The position numbers were made by a program, and so were the translations under genes. Shown here piece after piece: positions 46,084-55,281 of a DNA stretch of 63,919 nt. Source of the stretch: Gemmatimonadaceae bacterium (GTDB lineage Bacteria; Gemmatimonadota; Gemmatimonadetes; Gemmatimonadales; Gemmatimonadaceae); NCBI GenBank assembly GCA_035253645.1, contig DATFBW010000257.1, positions 1 through 63,919 of the forward strand, written 5' to 3'. The notes under the pieces are model-generated. The model ran no database searches and was not told where the DNA came from. It was given only the letters and a program-made list of their open reading frames with translations. How positions within the stretch are numbered: position 1 is the stretch's first letter; each line of letters opens with the position of its first letter.

Positions 46084-47688
46084 ATGGCGCGGCACCTCGT
46101 GATCGGGTCAGGGGCGAGCGGGGTACACTACGCGCTGACAGTTTTGCAGCGCGGCGAAGAGGTCACGCTGCTCGACGTCGGCTTCGAACGCCCAGTGGCG
46201 CCGCTACCTGACGCGACATACCCACAACTGAAGGAGCAGCTGGACGATCCGCTCACGCACTTCCTGGGTCCGCGTGCCGAATACGTCGTGTACCCCGCGC
46301 CGGGCTCCAAGCCGTACGGGTTTCCGCCGAACAAGGAATATGTCTTCCGCCGCGCCGCGCCCTGGTCGCTCCGCCAGCAGGGCTTCGACCCGCTGGTTTC
46401 TTTCGCTCGCGGCGGACTCGCGGAGGCGTGGACCGGAGGCTCGTACGAGCTGGACGACCGCGATCTGGCTGCCTTCCCATTCACGTTAGGCGACTTGCAG
46501 CCGCATTACGCTACTGTCGCCAAGCGCGTCGGCATTACCGGTGAGCGCGATGATCTGGAGCGCTTCTCGCCGATGAGCGCGCCCTACGACACACCACTGC
46601 CGCTGGATCCCCACTCGGCCCACCTCCTGGCATTGTATCACAAGCGGCGCCGCCGCGTGAACGCGTTAGGCGTCTACTTCGGCCGCTCGCGCGTAGCGGT
46701 GCTCACACGGCCCCAGGGCGAACGCCAGTCCTGCACCGCGCTCGGCCGCTGTCTGATGGGCTGTCCGCGCGAATCGCTGTACGCGCCGAGCTACACGCTG
46801 CGGGAGCTGCATGAATTCCCGGGCTTCACCTACGTGCCGAGCGTCTTTGTCGATCGTGTGCTTGTCGATGGGAACGGCGCCGCAATCGGCGCCTTCGGAC
46901 GGCACGTGCGAACGGGCGAAGAGCTACGCTTCAGCGGTGACCGCGTGGTCCTCGCTGCAGGCGCGCTCGCGACAACCCGGATCTATCTGGCAACGATGCT
47001 GCACGAGCAAGGGACGGCGCCGGAGCTTTCCGGGCTGATGGACAACCGGCATGTCTCGATGCCCTTCGTCACGCCCGTATTCGTCGGGCGCGATGTCGCG
47101 CTGGCCAGCTACCAATTCCATCACGTAGCGTTAGGCATGCGCGGCGCGTCACCCGCGGGCGACGTGCATGGCCAGCTGACCGCGCTCAAAGCGGCGCAGA
47201 TTCATCCCATCGTTTCCTCACTACCATTCGACTTTCACACCTCGCTCCAAGTCTTTCGGCGCGTGCGTGCCGCGCTTGGGGTTGCAAACTTTTGGCTGGC
47301 TGACACGCGCCGCACGCGCAACGTCGCGCGCCTCGTGAGCGAGCATGGAGTACCGCCCCACCTCCAGTTGCATTACGCCGACGATGACGTCGATCTCGAG
47401 CACACACGCGCGGCCATCACAACGATCAGGCGCGCGCTGCGCGCGCTCGACGCGTTCGCTCCGAAGTCGCAAACCACGATCCTCCCACGCGGATCGAGCG
47501 TGCACTACGGAGGTACACTTCCCATGACGCGCGAAGAAGCACCACACACGTGTCGCCCTGATGGAAGCGTGCGTGGTTTTGAAAGACTGCTCGTTGCAGA
47601 TGGGGCCGCCTTCGCGGCGCTGCCCGCGAAGAATCTCACCTTCACGTTGATGGCGAACGCGGTGCGCATCGCAAGCGCTGTGACGTAA
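46084..47688 (+). CDS. GMC family FAD-dependent oxidoreductase
   Basis: LVIGSGASGVHYA dinucleotide motif, plus C-terminal GSSVHYGGTLPM and LLVADGAAF typical of GMC enzymes. Confidence 0.75.
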   Translation: MARHLVIGSGASGVHYALTVLQRGEEVTLLDVGFERPVAPLPDATYPQLKEQLDDPLTHFLGPRAEYVVYPAPGSKPYGFPPNKEYVFRRAAPWSLRQQGFDPLVSFARGGLAEAWTGGSYELDDRDLAAFPFTLGDLQPHYATVAKRVGITGERDDLERFSPMSAPYDTPLPLDPHSAHLLALYHKRRRRVNALGVYFGRSRVAVLTRPQGERQSCTALGRCLMGCPRESLYAPSYTLRELHEFPGFTYVPSVFVDRVLVDGNGAAIGAFGRHVRTGEELRFSGDRVVLAAGALATTRIYLATMLHEQGTAPELSGLMDNRHVSMPFVTPVFVGRDVALASYQFHHVALGMRGASPAGDVHGQLTALKAAQIHPIVSSLPFDFHTSLQVFRRVRAALGVANFWLADTRRTRNVARLVSEHGVPPHLQLHYADDDVDLEHTRAAITTIRRALRALDAFAPKSQTTILPRGSSVHYGGTLPMTREEAPHTCRPDGSVRGFERLLVADGAAFAALPAKNLTFTLMANAVRIASAVT

Positions 47689-47779
47689 GAATTGTGTCCT
47701 ACATCACAGGATCAACGCGTCGGTTGCGCTGCCACAGAACACGTTGTGTGTTGCGATGTTCCGACAGCACACAAGCACA

Positions 47780-47836
47780 ACGCACCACCATTTACACGTC
47801 AAACTGTTAGCGCACCGTTCGGTGTAAATGGTGCGT
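47780..47836. promoter_or_regulatory. 15-bp inverted repeat (ACGCACCaCCATTTACAC / GTGTAAATGGTGCGT) with a 24-nt spacer in an AT-richer intergenic region
   Basis: Read directly from the sequence. It lies between the GMC oxidoreductase stop (47688) and the next ATG (47988). There is no T-tract, so it is an operator or RNA hairpin rather than a classic terminator. Confidence 0.35.
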
Positions 47837-47987
47837 CATCAAGAGGTTGTGGCATTCGCGCGGACGCCACCGCATCTGTCGTCGCGTGGCGCCTCCCTTG
47901 CACACTCTACCGCAACTATTTCACGCCTGTTCGGCAAGATTTTCCGCAGCGCGTTTTCAGTCGTTTGTACGTCGGTTCAGCGAGCAC

Positions 47988-48536
47988 ATGACACCTTCTC
48001 TGCAGAACGTCGAAGAACGCAAATCGAGCCGACCCGCTGGCCGAGCAAAGGGACGCCCCGAGATCTCTGTCGTGCTCGTTTCTGACGGGAATTGGGAGAC
48101 GATGGATTGCTCGCTCACGCGCGTCGCTCCCCGCTGTCGCAAAATGCTCGCGGAAGTGATCGCGATCAGTGCCGGGGATGACGGCGTTCCTTCGAGCCTG
48201 CAATTGTCGCATCCAGAAGTGCGGTTTTGCTCTGCGCCGTCCGGCAGCACCGAGCTACAGGTTCGTTCGATCGCGATGATGGAAGCGACGGGCGACATCG
48301 TTGCGCTACGGCGTGCGTCCGAGTGTCGCGACGTGTTATGGCTCGATGCGCACTTCCGCATTGCAACAGGGCTGGATCCGCAAATCTTCGATGCGACGTA
48401 CAATGGGGACGACGATGTAGCCGACGACGACGGCTTGGGTGTGGAGCTGCCGCCCGGCGCCGCACGACGCGTTGCCGCCCCCGCGCGCCACACGCTCGAT
48501 TCCACAGCAGCGAGTAGCGCGTCGAGCGCTGCCTAA
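47988..48536 (+). CDS. GT2-like N-terminal half-domain protein (truncated paralogue of the downstream GT2)
   Basis: ISVVLVSDGNWE...AEVIAISAGDD...DIVALRRASEC aligns with the first half of the 30177 and 48543 GT2 proteins. The TAA stop lies inside an octamer copy. Confidence 0.35.
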   Translation: MTPSLQNVEERKSSRPAGRAKGRPEISVVLVSDGNWETMDCSLTRVAPRCRKMLAEVIAISAGDDGVPSSLQLSHPEVRFCSAPSGSTELQVRSIAMMEATGDIVALRRASECRDVLWLDAHFRIATGLDPQIFDATYNGDDDVADDDGLGVELPPGAARRVAAPARHTLDSTAASSASSAA

Positions 48537-48542
48537 CGGCGC

Positions 48543-49439
48543 GTGAGTCGGGCCGCGCTGTCGGTAGTTGTTCCCTCCGTCAACGGCTCCCAGGATCTCG
48601 ACGGCACTTTAGCAGCGCTCGAAGCTCAAGGCGCCGCTGATCAGCTCGAGATCGTCGTGGTCGATCGTGTTGGGGAAGAGCTTCGAGCCCACGTTCATTC
48701 GCGGTTTCCACGCGCCCGGATAATTCCGGTACCGCCTGCGACCACGATCCCACAAATGCGCGCGGTCGCGTTCGCTGCATGTAGCGCCGATGCGGTCGCC
48801 GTGATTGAAGATCACGTCATCGTGCCGAAAGGCTGGGCCGACAAGCTGCTCACCGCGATGAACGGCAGTCGGCGCGTCGTCGGTGGGAGCGTGGAGAATG
48901 CCGCGACCGACCGGCTCTCCGACTGGGCTGCGTTCCTCTGCGAGTACAGCCACTGCATCAATCCACTTCCCAGTGGTCCCGCGACTTGGCTAACAGGCAA
49001 CAATGTGGTATACCCACGTGTGCTGCTGGAGCAATTCGTCGATGTAATTGCGGAAGGCGCATGGGAAAACCGGCTGCACGATGCCATGCGGGAAGCGGGA
49101 GTTGCATTGGTCTGTCACCCTGAAATCGTCGTCGGTCACAAGAAGCACTTCTCGGTGACAGAGTACCTCGGCCAGCGCTATCTGTACGCGCGGTCATATG
49201 CAGGCGCGCGAGTCCGCGGCAAATCAGTTGGCGCGCGACTAGCATATACCACAGCGGCATTTGCACTTCCCCCACTGCTTCTGTGGCGTACCGTTTCGCG
49301 AGTCGTCTCAAAACGACGGCACACGGGAGAGCTTGTACGCTCCCTGCCACTGCTCGCCCTGTACGTATGCGCTTGGGCAGCGGGTGAAGTGGTCGGCTAC
49401 GCTCGTGGAGCCGGCGATTCCTTGTCCAGAGTGCGCTAG
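48543..49439 (+). CDS. GT2 family glycosyltransferase (paralogue of 30177-31085)
   Basis: LSVVVPSVNGS, IEDHVIVP, LCEYSHC and GNNVVYPR. Confidence 0.65.
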   Translation: MSRAALSVVVPSVNGSQDLDGTLAALEAQGAADQLEIVVVDRVGEELRAHVHSRFPRARIIPVPPATTIPQMRAVAFAACSADAVAVIEDHVIVPKGWADKLLTAMNGSRRVVGGSVENAATDRLSDWAAFLCEYSHCINPLPSGPATWLTGNNVVYPRVLLEQFVDVIAEGAWENRLHDAMREAGVALVCHPEIVVGHKKHFSVTEYLGQRYLYARSYAGARVRGKSVGARLAYTTAAFALPPLLLWRTVSRVVSKRRHTGELVRSLPLLALYVCAWAAGEVVGYARGAGDSLSRVR

Positions 49440-51067
49440 TGACTGACTCGCGATCCGCGACGGCTACGCCGCGTAATGTGTCACGGTTACAGCCGAACGA
49501 TCATGTCGTGATCGTCGGGGCTGGACCCGCTGGCCTAACGGCAGCCTATCAACTCGCGAAGGGCGGCGTGCATGTGACTGTGCTCGAAGCCGACAACATC
49601 GTCGGTGGGATATCGCGCACCGCGCAATACAAAGGCTACCGCTTCGACATCGGCGGCCATCGTTTCTTTACCAAAGTCACACCGGTCGAAGAGTTGTGGC
49701 ACGAAGTCCTTGGGCCCGAGTTTATCAAGGTTCCGCGGCTCTCCCGGATCCATTACGGCGGCAAGTATTTCGATTACCCACTCAAAGCCGCGAACGCGCT
49801 GAAAGGACTTGGCATCTGGAAGGCGATCCTGATGGTGGTGAGCTACCTCTGGTCGCACATCCGCCCATATCCGGTTGAAGAAAACCTCGAGCAATGGGTT
49901 TCCAACCGTTTTGGCAAGCGTTTGTATCGCACGTTCTTCAAGACGTATACGGAGAAAGTGTGGGGCATTCCGTGCACCGAAATCCGCGCGGAATGGGCGG
50001 CGCAGCGCATCCAGGGGCTCTCGCTGGCGAAGGCGATACTGAACGCCGCCTCGCTGCAGAAGCGCGGCGACGCGATCAAGACTCTGATCAACGAGTTTCA
50101 ATACCCGCGTCTCGGCCCGGGGCAGATGTGGGAAACGGCAACGGAGCGGGTACGCCAGTTAGGCGGCAAGGTTCTCCTGCAACACAACGTCTCGCGGATC
50201 GAAACTCACGAAGGGCAGGTAACGGCGGTCTATGCGTCCACGCCTAACGGGACCGAAGAGCGTTTCGCCACGCAGCACGTGATCTCGACGATGCCGGTGC
50301 GGCATCTCGTGCGCGCGCTGGACCCTGCAGTGCCTCCTAACATTCGCGCGGCAGGCGAAGGCTTGAATTATCGCGACTTCCTTACCGTCGCATTGATAAT
50401 CGATCAGGAGCATCTGTTCCCCGATAACTGGATTTACATCCACACTCCCGGCGTGCAGGTCGGGCGGATTCAGAACTTCAATAACTGGAGTCGGGCGATG
50501 GTGCCGGAGGCCGGGAAGACGTGTTTGGGCCTCGAGTACTTCTGCTTCGAGGGCGATGGGATGTGGAACAAGGCGGATGGGGATCTCGTCGCGCTCGCTA
50601 CGCGTGAGATCGGTGAGCTTGGCCTCGCCGATCCCACGAAGGTCGTCGATGGCACCGTGGTGCGCATGCCCAAGGCGTACCCGGTTTACGACGCCGATTA
50701 TCGGGCGCACCTCGATCTCGTTAGGTCGTATATCGACCGCATTCCGAACTTGCACACGGTGGGACGCAACGGGATGCACAAGTACAACAATCAGGATCAC
50801 TCCATGCTGACGGCCATGATGACGGTCGCCAACATGCGCGGTGCGTCTCACGACGTGTGGTCCGTGAACACGGATTACGAGTATCACGAGGAGCAACGCA
50901 TCGATCCGACCGAGTCGGCGAACGGCATCCGCAACACGGGCACCGCGGGGGGCGGAGGGGGACCGGGAAGCAACGGCGGCGGTGGCGGCGGCGGCGGCGC
51001 TGGAAACCTTCCCGCACCGGCTCGCCGAGCGTCAGGACCGAGCATGCGCGCCAGCGTGGGTGCGTGA
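49439..51067 (+). CDS. FAD/NAD(P)-binding oxidoreductase with a Gly-rich C-terminal tail
   Basis: VVIVGAGPAGLTAAYQL and LEADNIVGGISR. Paralogue of 36564-37973. The tail is GTAGGGGGPGSNGGGGGGGGAG. Confidence 0.7.
   Translation: MTDSRSATATPRNVSRLQPNDHVVIVGAGPAGLTAAYQLAKGGVHVTVLEADNIVGGISRTAQYKGYRFDIGGHRFFTKVTPVEELWHEVLGPEFIKVPRLSRIHYGGKYFDYPLKAANALKGLGIWKAILMVVSYLWSHIRPYPVEENLEQWVSNRFGKRLYRTFFKTYTEKVWGIPCTEIRAEWAAQRIQGLSLAKAILNAASLQKRGDAIKTLINEFQYPRLGPGQMWETATERVRQLGGKVLLQHNVSRIETHEGQVTAVYASTPNGTEERFATQHVISTMPVRHLVRALDPAVPPNIRAAGEGLNYRDFLTVALIIDQEHLFPDNWIYIHTPGVQVGRIQNFNNWSRAMVPEAGKTCLGLEYFCFEGDGMWNKADGDLVALATREIGELGLADPTKVVDGTVVRMPKAYPVYDADYRAHLDLVRSYIDRIPNLHTVGRNGMHKYNNQDHSMLTAMMTVANMRGASHDVWSVNTDYEYHEEQRIDPTESANGIRNTGTAGGGGGPGSNGGGGGGGGAGNLPAPARRASGPSMRASVGA
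50975..50998 (+). repeat. Trinucleotide tract (GGC)2GGT(GGC)5 encoding poly-Gly
   Basis: ggcggcggtggcggcggcggcggc, read directly from the sequence, inside the 3' end of the oxidoreductase gene. Confidence 0.8.
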
Positions 51068-52250
51068 GGCGTGCTTGCGGATAGGAGTCGACGCAACGTG
51101 TTGGGCGAACCCGCGGGGGTACGGACGATTTGCGCGCGAGTTGTTGCGCGCCGTCGTGCGCGAGGCGCCGCAACACGAGTTCCTCTGCTTCGCAGACGTC
51201 CAGGCGCTCGATAGCTTCGACCTCGCCGCCGACAACGTCCGTCGCATCGAGGTCCCTCTCAAGGTGTCTCCCGTAGCCGCCGCCACGGCGACGAGCAACC
51301 GTTCGCCTATCGACATGTTGCGCCTAACGCGCGCAGTCTATCGCGAGCGCCCGCAGCTCTTCTTTTCGCCGTCGGTGTACACGTATTTCCCGCTGCCGTT
51401 CGGCCAGCGCGCCGTCGTCACGGTGCACGACGCCATCGCCGAGCGCTTCCCCGAGCTGACGCTGCCAACCGCGCGCGCCCGCTTGCTGTGGAAGCTCAAG
51501 GTGGGCCTGGCGATCCGGCAAGCACGCCTGGTCCTGACGGTTTCCGAGTACGCCGCGCGTGATATCGCAACCGTTTTGCGCGTCCCCCGGGAACGGATCC
51601 GCGTCGCTGTGGAAGCTCCCGCCGAAGCGTACCGCCCGAGCGCCGCGGGGGACGTTGCCGCCGCCGCCGCACGGGCCGGGCTACCGGCAGGAGTCACCTG
51701 GTTTACCTATGTGGGCGGATTCAATCCGCACAAACGCGTGCGGTCCATCATCGAGAGCATCGCCGAGTTGGCCAGCTCGTTAGGTGATGCTGCGCCCCAT
51801 GTATTGCTGGTCGGGCCCCTGACCCAGGACGTATTCCATAACGAGCTCACGGAGATCCGGGCGCTCGTCCATGAGCGCAAGCTGGAGCATCTCGTCCACT
51901 GGCTGGGTTACGTGCCTGACGAAGAGTTACGCCACTTGCACAGTGGCGCGCTCGCGATCCTCCTGCCTTCTTCGTGTGAAGGGTTTGGTCTTCCGGCTGT
52001 GGAAGCGGCGGCTTGCGGAGCGCCAGTCATCGCGACGACAGAAAGTCCGCTTCCCGAGCTCCTCGAGGGAGGAGGGATCTTCGTGCGGCCTGGCGACGAC
52101 GCAACGCTGTATACCGCGATGCTCTTGCTGGTGCGCGATCCGGAACGGCGCCGCACGTTAGGCGCTCGCGCCCGGGAGCGCGCCGGACGCCTCAGCTGGC
52201 GTGCGGCAGCGCGAAGCGCGCTCGCGGCCATGGAGGAAGCGGCGGCATGA
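51060..52250 (+). CDS. GT4 (GT-B fold) glycosyltransferase
   Basis: LRIGVDATCW N-terminus and the EGFGLPAVEAAACGAPVIAT E-x7-E region. Start uncertain (GTG 51060 or TTG 51075). Confidence 0.8.
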   Translation: MREACLRIGVDATCWANPRGYGRFARELLRAVVREAPQHEFLCFADVQALDSFDLAADNVRRIEVPLKVSPVAAATATSNRSPIDMLRLTRAVYRERPQLFFSPSVYTYFPLPFGQRAVVTVHDAIAERFPELTLPTARARLLWKLKVGLAIRQARLVLTVSEYAARDIATVLRVPRERIRVAVEAPAEAYRPSAAGDVAAAAARAGLPAGVTWFTYVGGFNPHKRVRSIIESIAELASSLGDAAPHVLLVGPLTQDVFHNELTEIRALVHERKLEHLVHWLGYVPDEELRHLHSGALAILLPSSCEGFGLPAVEAAACGAPVIATTESPLPELLEGGGIFVRPGDDATLYTAMLLLVRDPERRRTLGARARERAGRLSWRAAARSALAAMEEAAA

Positions 52251-53521
52251 CGGCGCTGCGCTTCTGCATGCTGACGACGTTTTATCCGCCGTACGCATTT
52301 GGCGGTGACGCGATCGGCATCCAGCGCCTCTCGCGCGCGCTCGTCAAGCGCGGACACCACGTCACCGTTGTCCATGACGCCGATGCGTACAACGCGCTGC
52401 ACAAGGGCGCCGAGCCTAACGCGCCCGCGCAGGACGACGATCAGGGCGTTGAGGTGATCCGCCTCAAGAGCGGCTACGGGATTCTGTCGCCCTTGCTCAC
52501 GCAACAATTCGGGAGACCCGTTCTCACGGCCGCGCGGATCCGCAACATCGTCGATCGCGGACATTACGATGTCGTCAACTTCCACAACGTGTCGCTGATA
52601 GGCGGGCCGGGTCTCTTCACGCTCGCGCCACAGGCCATCCGTCTGTACATGGCTCACGAGCATTGGCTGGTCTGCCCGACACACGTCCTGTGGCGCTATC
52701 GCAAGGAGCGCTGTGACGGGCGCGAATGTTTTCGCTGCACGCTGTCGTACATGCGTCCGCCGCAACTCTGGCGCTGGACCGGCTACCTCGGCCGGCAACT
52801 GCGCAACGTCGACACCGTCATTGCGATGAGCGAGTTCAGCCGCCAGAAACACCTGGAGTTCGGCCTGCCCTGCGATCCGGAGGTATTGCCGTATTTCCTT
52901 CCGGATCCCGAACCGGATGCCCGCACGGTGAGCGGGCCGTCGCCTAACGAGCGCCCTTACTTTTTCTTCGCGGGACGCCTGGAGCGCATCAAGGGTCTGG
53001 ACGACGTCATCCCGCTGATGCGGCAATTCGATGCAGCCGATTTGATCATCGCCGGCGATGGCGAGCACGCCGCGCACCTGCGCCAACTCGCAGCAGGAAT
53101 CCCGCACGTCAAGTTCGTCGGCCGTCTCACCCCAGAGGACTTGCGAAGGTATTACGCGCACGCCATCGCGCTGCTCGTGCCGTCGGTGTGCTTTGAAACC
53201 TTCGGGATCGTGCTCATCGAAAGCTTCCGGCAGGGAACTCCGGTGATTGCCCGCCGCCTCGGTCCGTTCCCGGAGATCGTCGCTGAAGCCGGCGGCGGGG
53301 AACTGTTCGAAACCCCCGAAGAGCTGCTCGCGGCCATGCGGCGTCTGCAGGGCGATCCCGATTACCGCCAGCGGCTAAGTGACTCAGGCTACCAGGCGTA
53401 CGTCGACCGGTGGTCCGAAAGCGCCGTGGTGCCGCGATACCTCGATATCGTGCATCGCGCCGCGCAGCGCCGCGGACACACGCGGCTGGCGGAGCAACTT
53501 GCCGTGCAGGAGGTAGCGTGA
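52247..53521 (+). CDS. GT4 (GT-B fold) glycosyltransferase
   Basis: LRFCMLTTFYPPYAFGG and ETFGIVLIESFRQGTPVIA. ATGA overlap with the upstream gene. Confidence 0.8.
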   Translation: MTALRFCMLTTFYPPYAFGGDAIGIQRLSRALVKRGHHVTVVHDADAYNALHKGAEPNAPAQDDDQGVEVIRLKSGYGILSPLLTQQFGRPVLTAARIRNIVDRGHYDVVNFHNVSLIGGPGLFTLAPQAIRLYMAHEHWLVCPTHVLWRYRKERCDGRECFRCTLSYMRPPQLWRWTGYLGRQLRNVDTVIAMSEFSRQKHLEFGLPCDPEVLPYFLPDPEPDARTVSGPSPNERPYFFFAGRLERIKGLDDVIPLMRQFDAADLIIAGDGEHAAHLRQLAAGIPHVKFVGRLTPEDLRRYYAHAIALLVPSVCFETFGIVLIESFRQGTPVIARRLGPFPEIVAEAGGGELFETPEELLAAMRRLQGDPDYRQRLSDSGYQAYVDRWSESAVVPRYLDIVHRAAQRRGHTRLAEQLAVQEVA

Positions 53522-54513
53522 ACGTCTTCATAACGGGCGGCGCTGGATTCATCGGATCGCACCTCGCCGAGCGATTGCTCGAGCGCGGCGATCGCGTGTC
53601 GATTCTCGATGACCTCTCGACGGGTGCGATGGAGAACATCACGCACCTCATTGGGCGGCCCGGTTTCACCTATCGCATCGGCAGTGCGCTGGACGCGCCA
53701 CTCGTGAGCGAGATGGTCGATCAGGCAGATATCACTGTGCACCTCGCCGCCGCGGTTGGCGTGATGTTGATCGTCGATCGTCCCGTGCACACGATCGAGA
53801 CAAACGTTCGCGCCACGGAAGTCGTTCTCAATGCGGCCGCGAAAAAGAAAAAGCTCGTCGTTATCGCATCCACGTCAGAGGTCTACGGCAAGTCGACGCG
53901 CGTTCCTTTCCGCGAAGATCACGACCTGCAACTGGGTCCGACGTCGCACTCGCGCTGGGCGTATGCATGCTCCAAAGCGTTGGATGAGTGGCTCGCGCTG
54001 GCATACTCTCGCGAGAAGGGCGTCCCCGTCATCATCACGCGATTCTTCAACACCGTGGGTCCGCGACAGACGGGCCAGTACGGAATGGTGGTGCCTAACT
54101 TCGCTCGTCAGGCACTTCGCGGTGAACAGATCCGTGTGTACGGCACCGGCGATCAGTCTCGCTGTTTCGGTCACGTGCGCGATGCAGTCGAAGCACTCCT
54201 GCGACTGATAGCGACGCCGGCTGCCGTGAATGAAGTCTTCAACATCGGATCGACGGAGGAGGTAACGATCCGCCACCTCGCAGAGCTGGTGCGCGATGCC
54301 GCTTCAAGCAGTTCCGAGATCGTGCACATTCCATATTCGGAAGCGTACGCGGCCGGTTTTGAAGACATGATGCGGCGAGTCCCGGATGTTTCCAAGCTCG
54401 AGCGGGTGACGGGCTTCCGGCCAAGCACGCCGCTAACCCAGATCGTCGCGGACGTCGTAGCGGATCAGCGGACGCGGCTCGAAAACATGACCGGCGCCGT
54501 CGCGCGCCGTTAG
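53518..54513 (+). CDS. NAD-dependent sugar dehydratase/decarboxylase/epimerase (UXS / ArnA-C-terminal-like SDR)
   Basis: [26 protein letters not shown] and RFFNTVGPRQ. GTGA overlap with the upstream gene. Confidence 0.75.
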   Translation: MNVFITGGAGFIGSHLAERLLERGDRVSILDDLSTGAMENITHLIGRPGFTYRIGSALDAPLVSEMVDQADITVHLAAAVGVMLIVDRPVHTIETNVRATEVVLNAAAKKKKLVVIASTSEVYGKSTRVPFREDHDLQLGPTSHSRWAYACSKALDEWLALAYSREKGVPVIITRFFNTVGPRQTGQYGMVVPNFARQALRGEQIRVYGTGDQSRCFGHVRDAVEALLRLIATPAAVNEVFNIGSTEEVTIRHLAELVRDAASSSSEIVHIPYSEAYAAGFEDMMRRVPDVSKLERVTGFRPSTPLTQIVADVVADQRTRLENMTGAVARR

Positions 54514-54525
54514 CATTCGAGCGTC

Positions 54526-55281
54526 ATGCGCGGGATTCTGACGTACCATTCACTCGACGAGAGCGGCTCTCCAATCTCGATCGAACCGCGCGTATTTCGC
54601 AGCCAGATGGAATTCCTGGCGCGGGGCAAGCCGCGCGTCGTTCCTCTCGCTGACGTTGTACGTCCGGACGCGCCTGACGAGACAGTAGCACTCACCTTCG
54701 ACGATGCCTTTGCGAACTTTCATGAGCTTGCAGCACCGCTTCTCGCGGACTTGGGGCTTCCAGCCACGTTGTTTGTCGTGACCGATCATGTGGGCAGAGA
54801 CAACAACTGGGCGAGCGCGCACCAGGCACACGTTACGGTGCCATCGCTCGCGCTCATGTCCTGGGACGATCTTGAAGACGTTACGCGGCGTGGTGTCGAG
54901 ATCGGTGCGCACTCGCGGCGGCATCCACACCTAACGACTCTTCGCCCCGCGGCGCTCGCGGACGAAGTGCACGGCTCCGCGGAACGCATCCGCGCAATGC
55001 TTGGCGCGCGGCCGACGTCGTTTGCCTATCCGTACGGTGACGTGAATGATACCGTGGCGAGCGCCGTTCGCTCCGCCTATCAACGCGCGTGCACAACGCA
55101 ATTGCGAGCCTTGGCAATCGGCGACGATCCGGCGCGCTTGCCACGTCTCGATGCGTATTATTTCCGCGCGGAAGGCCAGCTCGAACAATGGGGGACGCCG
55201 GCCTTTCAACGCCGGCTTTGGCTGCGAGCGCAGGCGCGCCGCGTCAGAGGTCTCGTTTCGGCGGCCGCGCAGCGCGTATGA
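54526..55281 (+). CDS. Polysaccharide deacetylase (NodB domain; ArnD-like position)
   Basis: ALTFDDAFANF, TLFVVTDHV and GAHSRRHPHL. Confidence 0.8.
   Translation: MRGILTYHSLDESGSPISIEPRVFRSQMEFLARGKPRVVPLADVVRPDAPDETVALTFDDAFANFHELAAPLLADLGLPATLFVVTDHVGRDNNWASAHQAHVTVPSLALMSWDDLEDVTRRGVEIGAHSRRHPHLTTLRPAALADEVHGSAERIRAMLGARPTSFAYPYGDVNDTVASAVRSAYQRACTTQLRALAIGDDPARLPRLDAYYFRAEGQLEQWGTPAFQRRLWLRAQARRVRGLVSAAAQRV

Noticed and set aside
50982-51059. The long N-terminal extension of the GT4 gene, overlapping the oxidoreductase 3' end.
   Set aside because: The extension is Ala/Arg-rich and overlaps the Gly-tail coding region. The conserved GT4 N-terminus (LRIGVDATCW) begins just after 51060.
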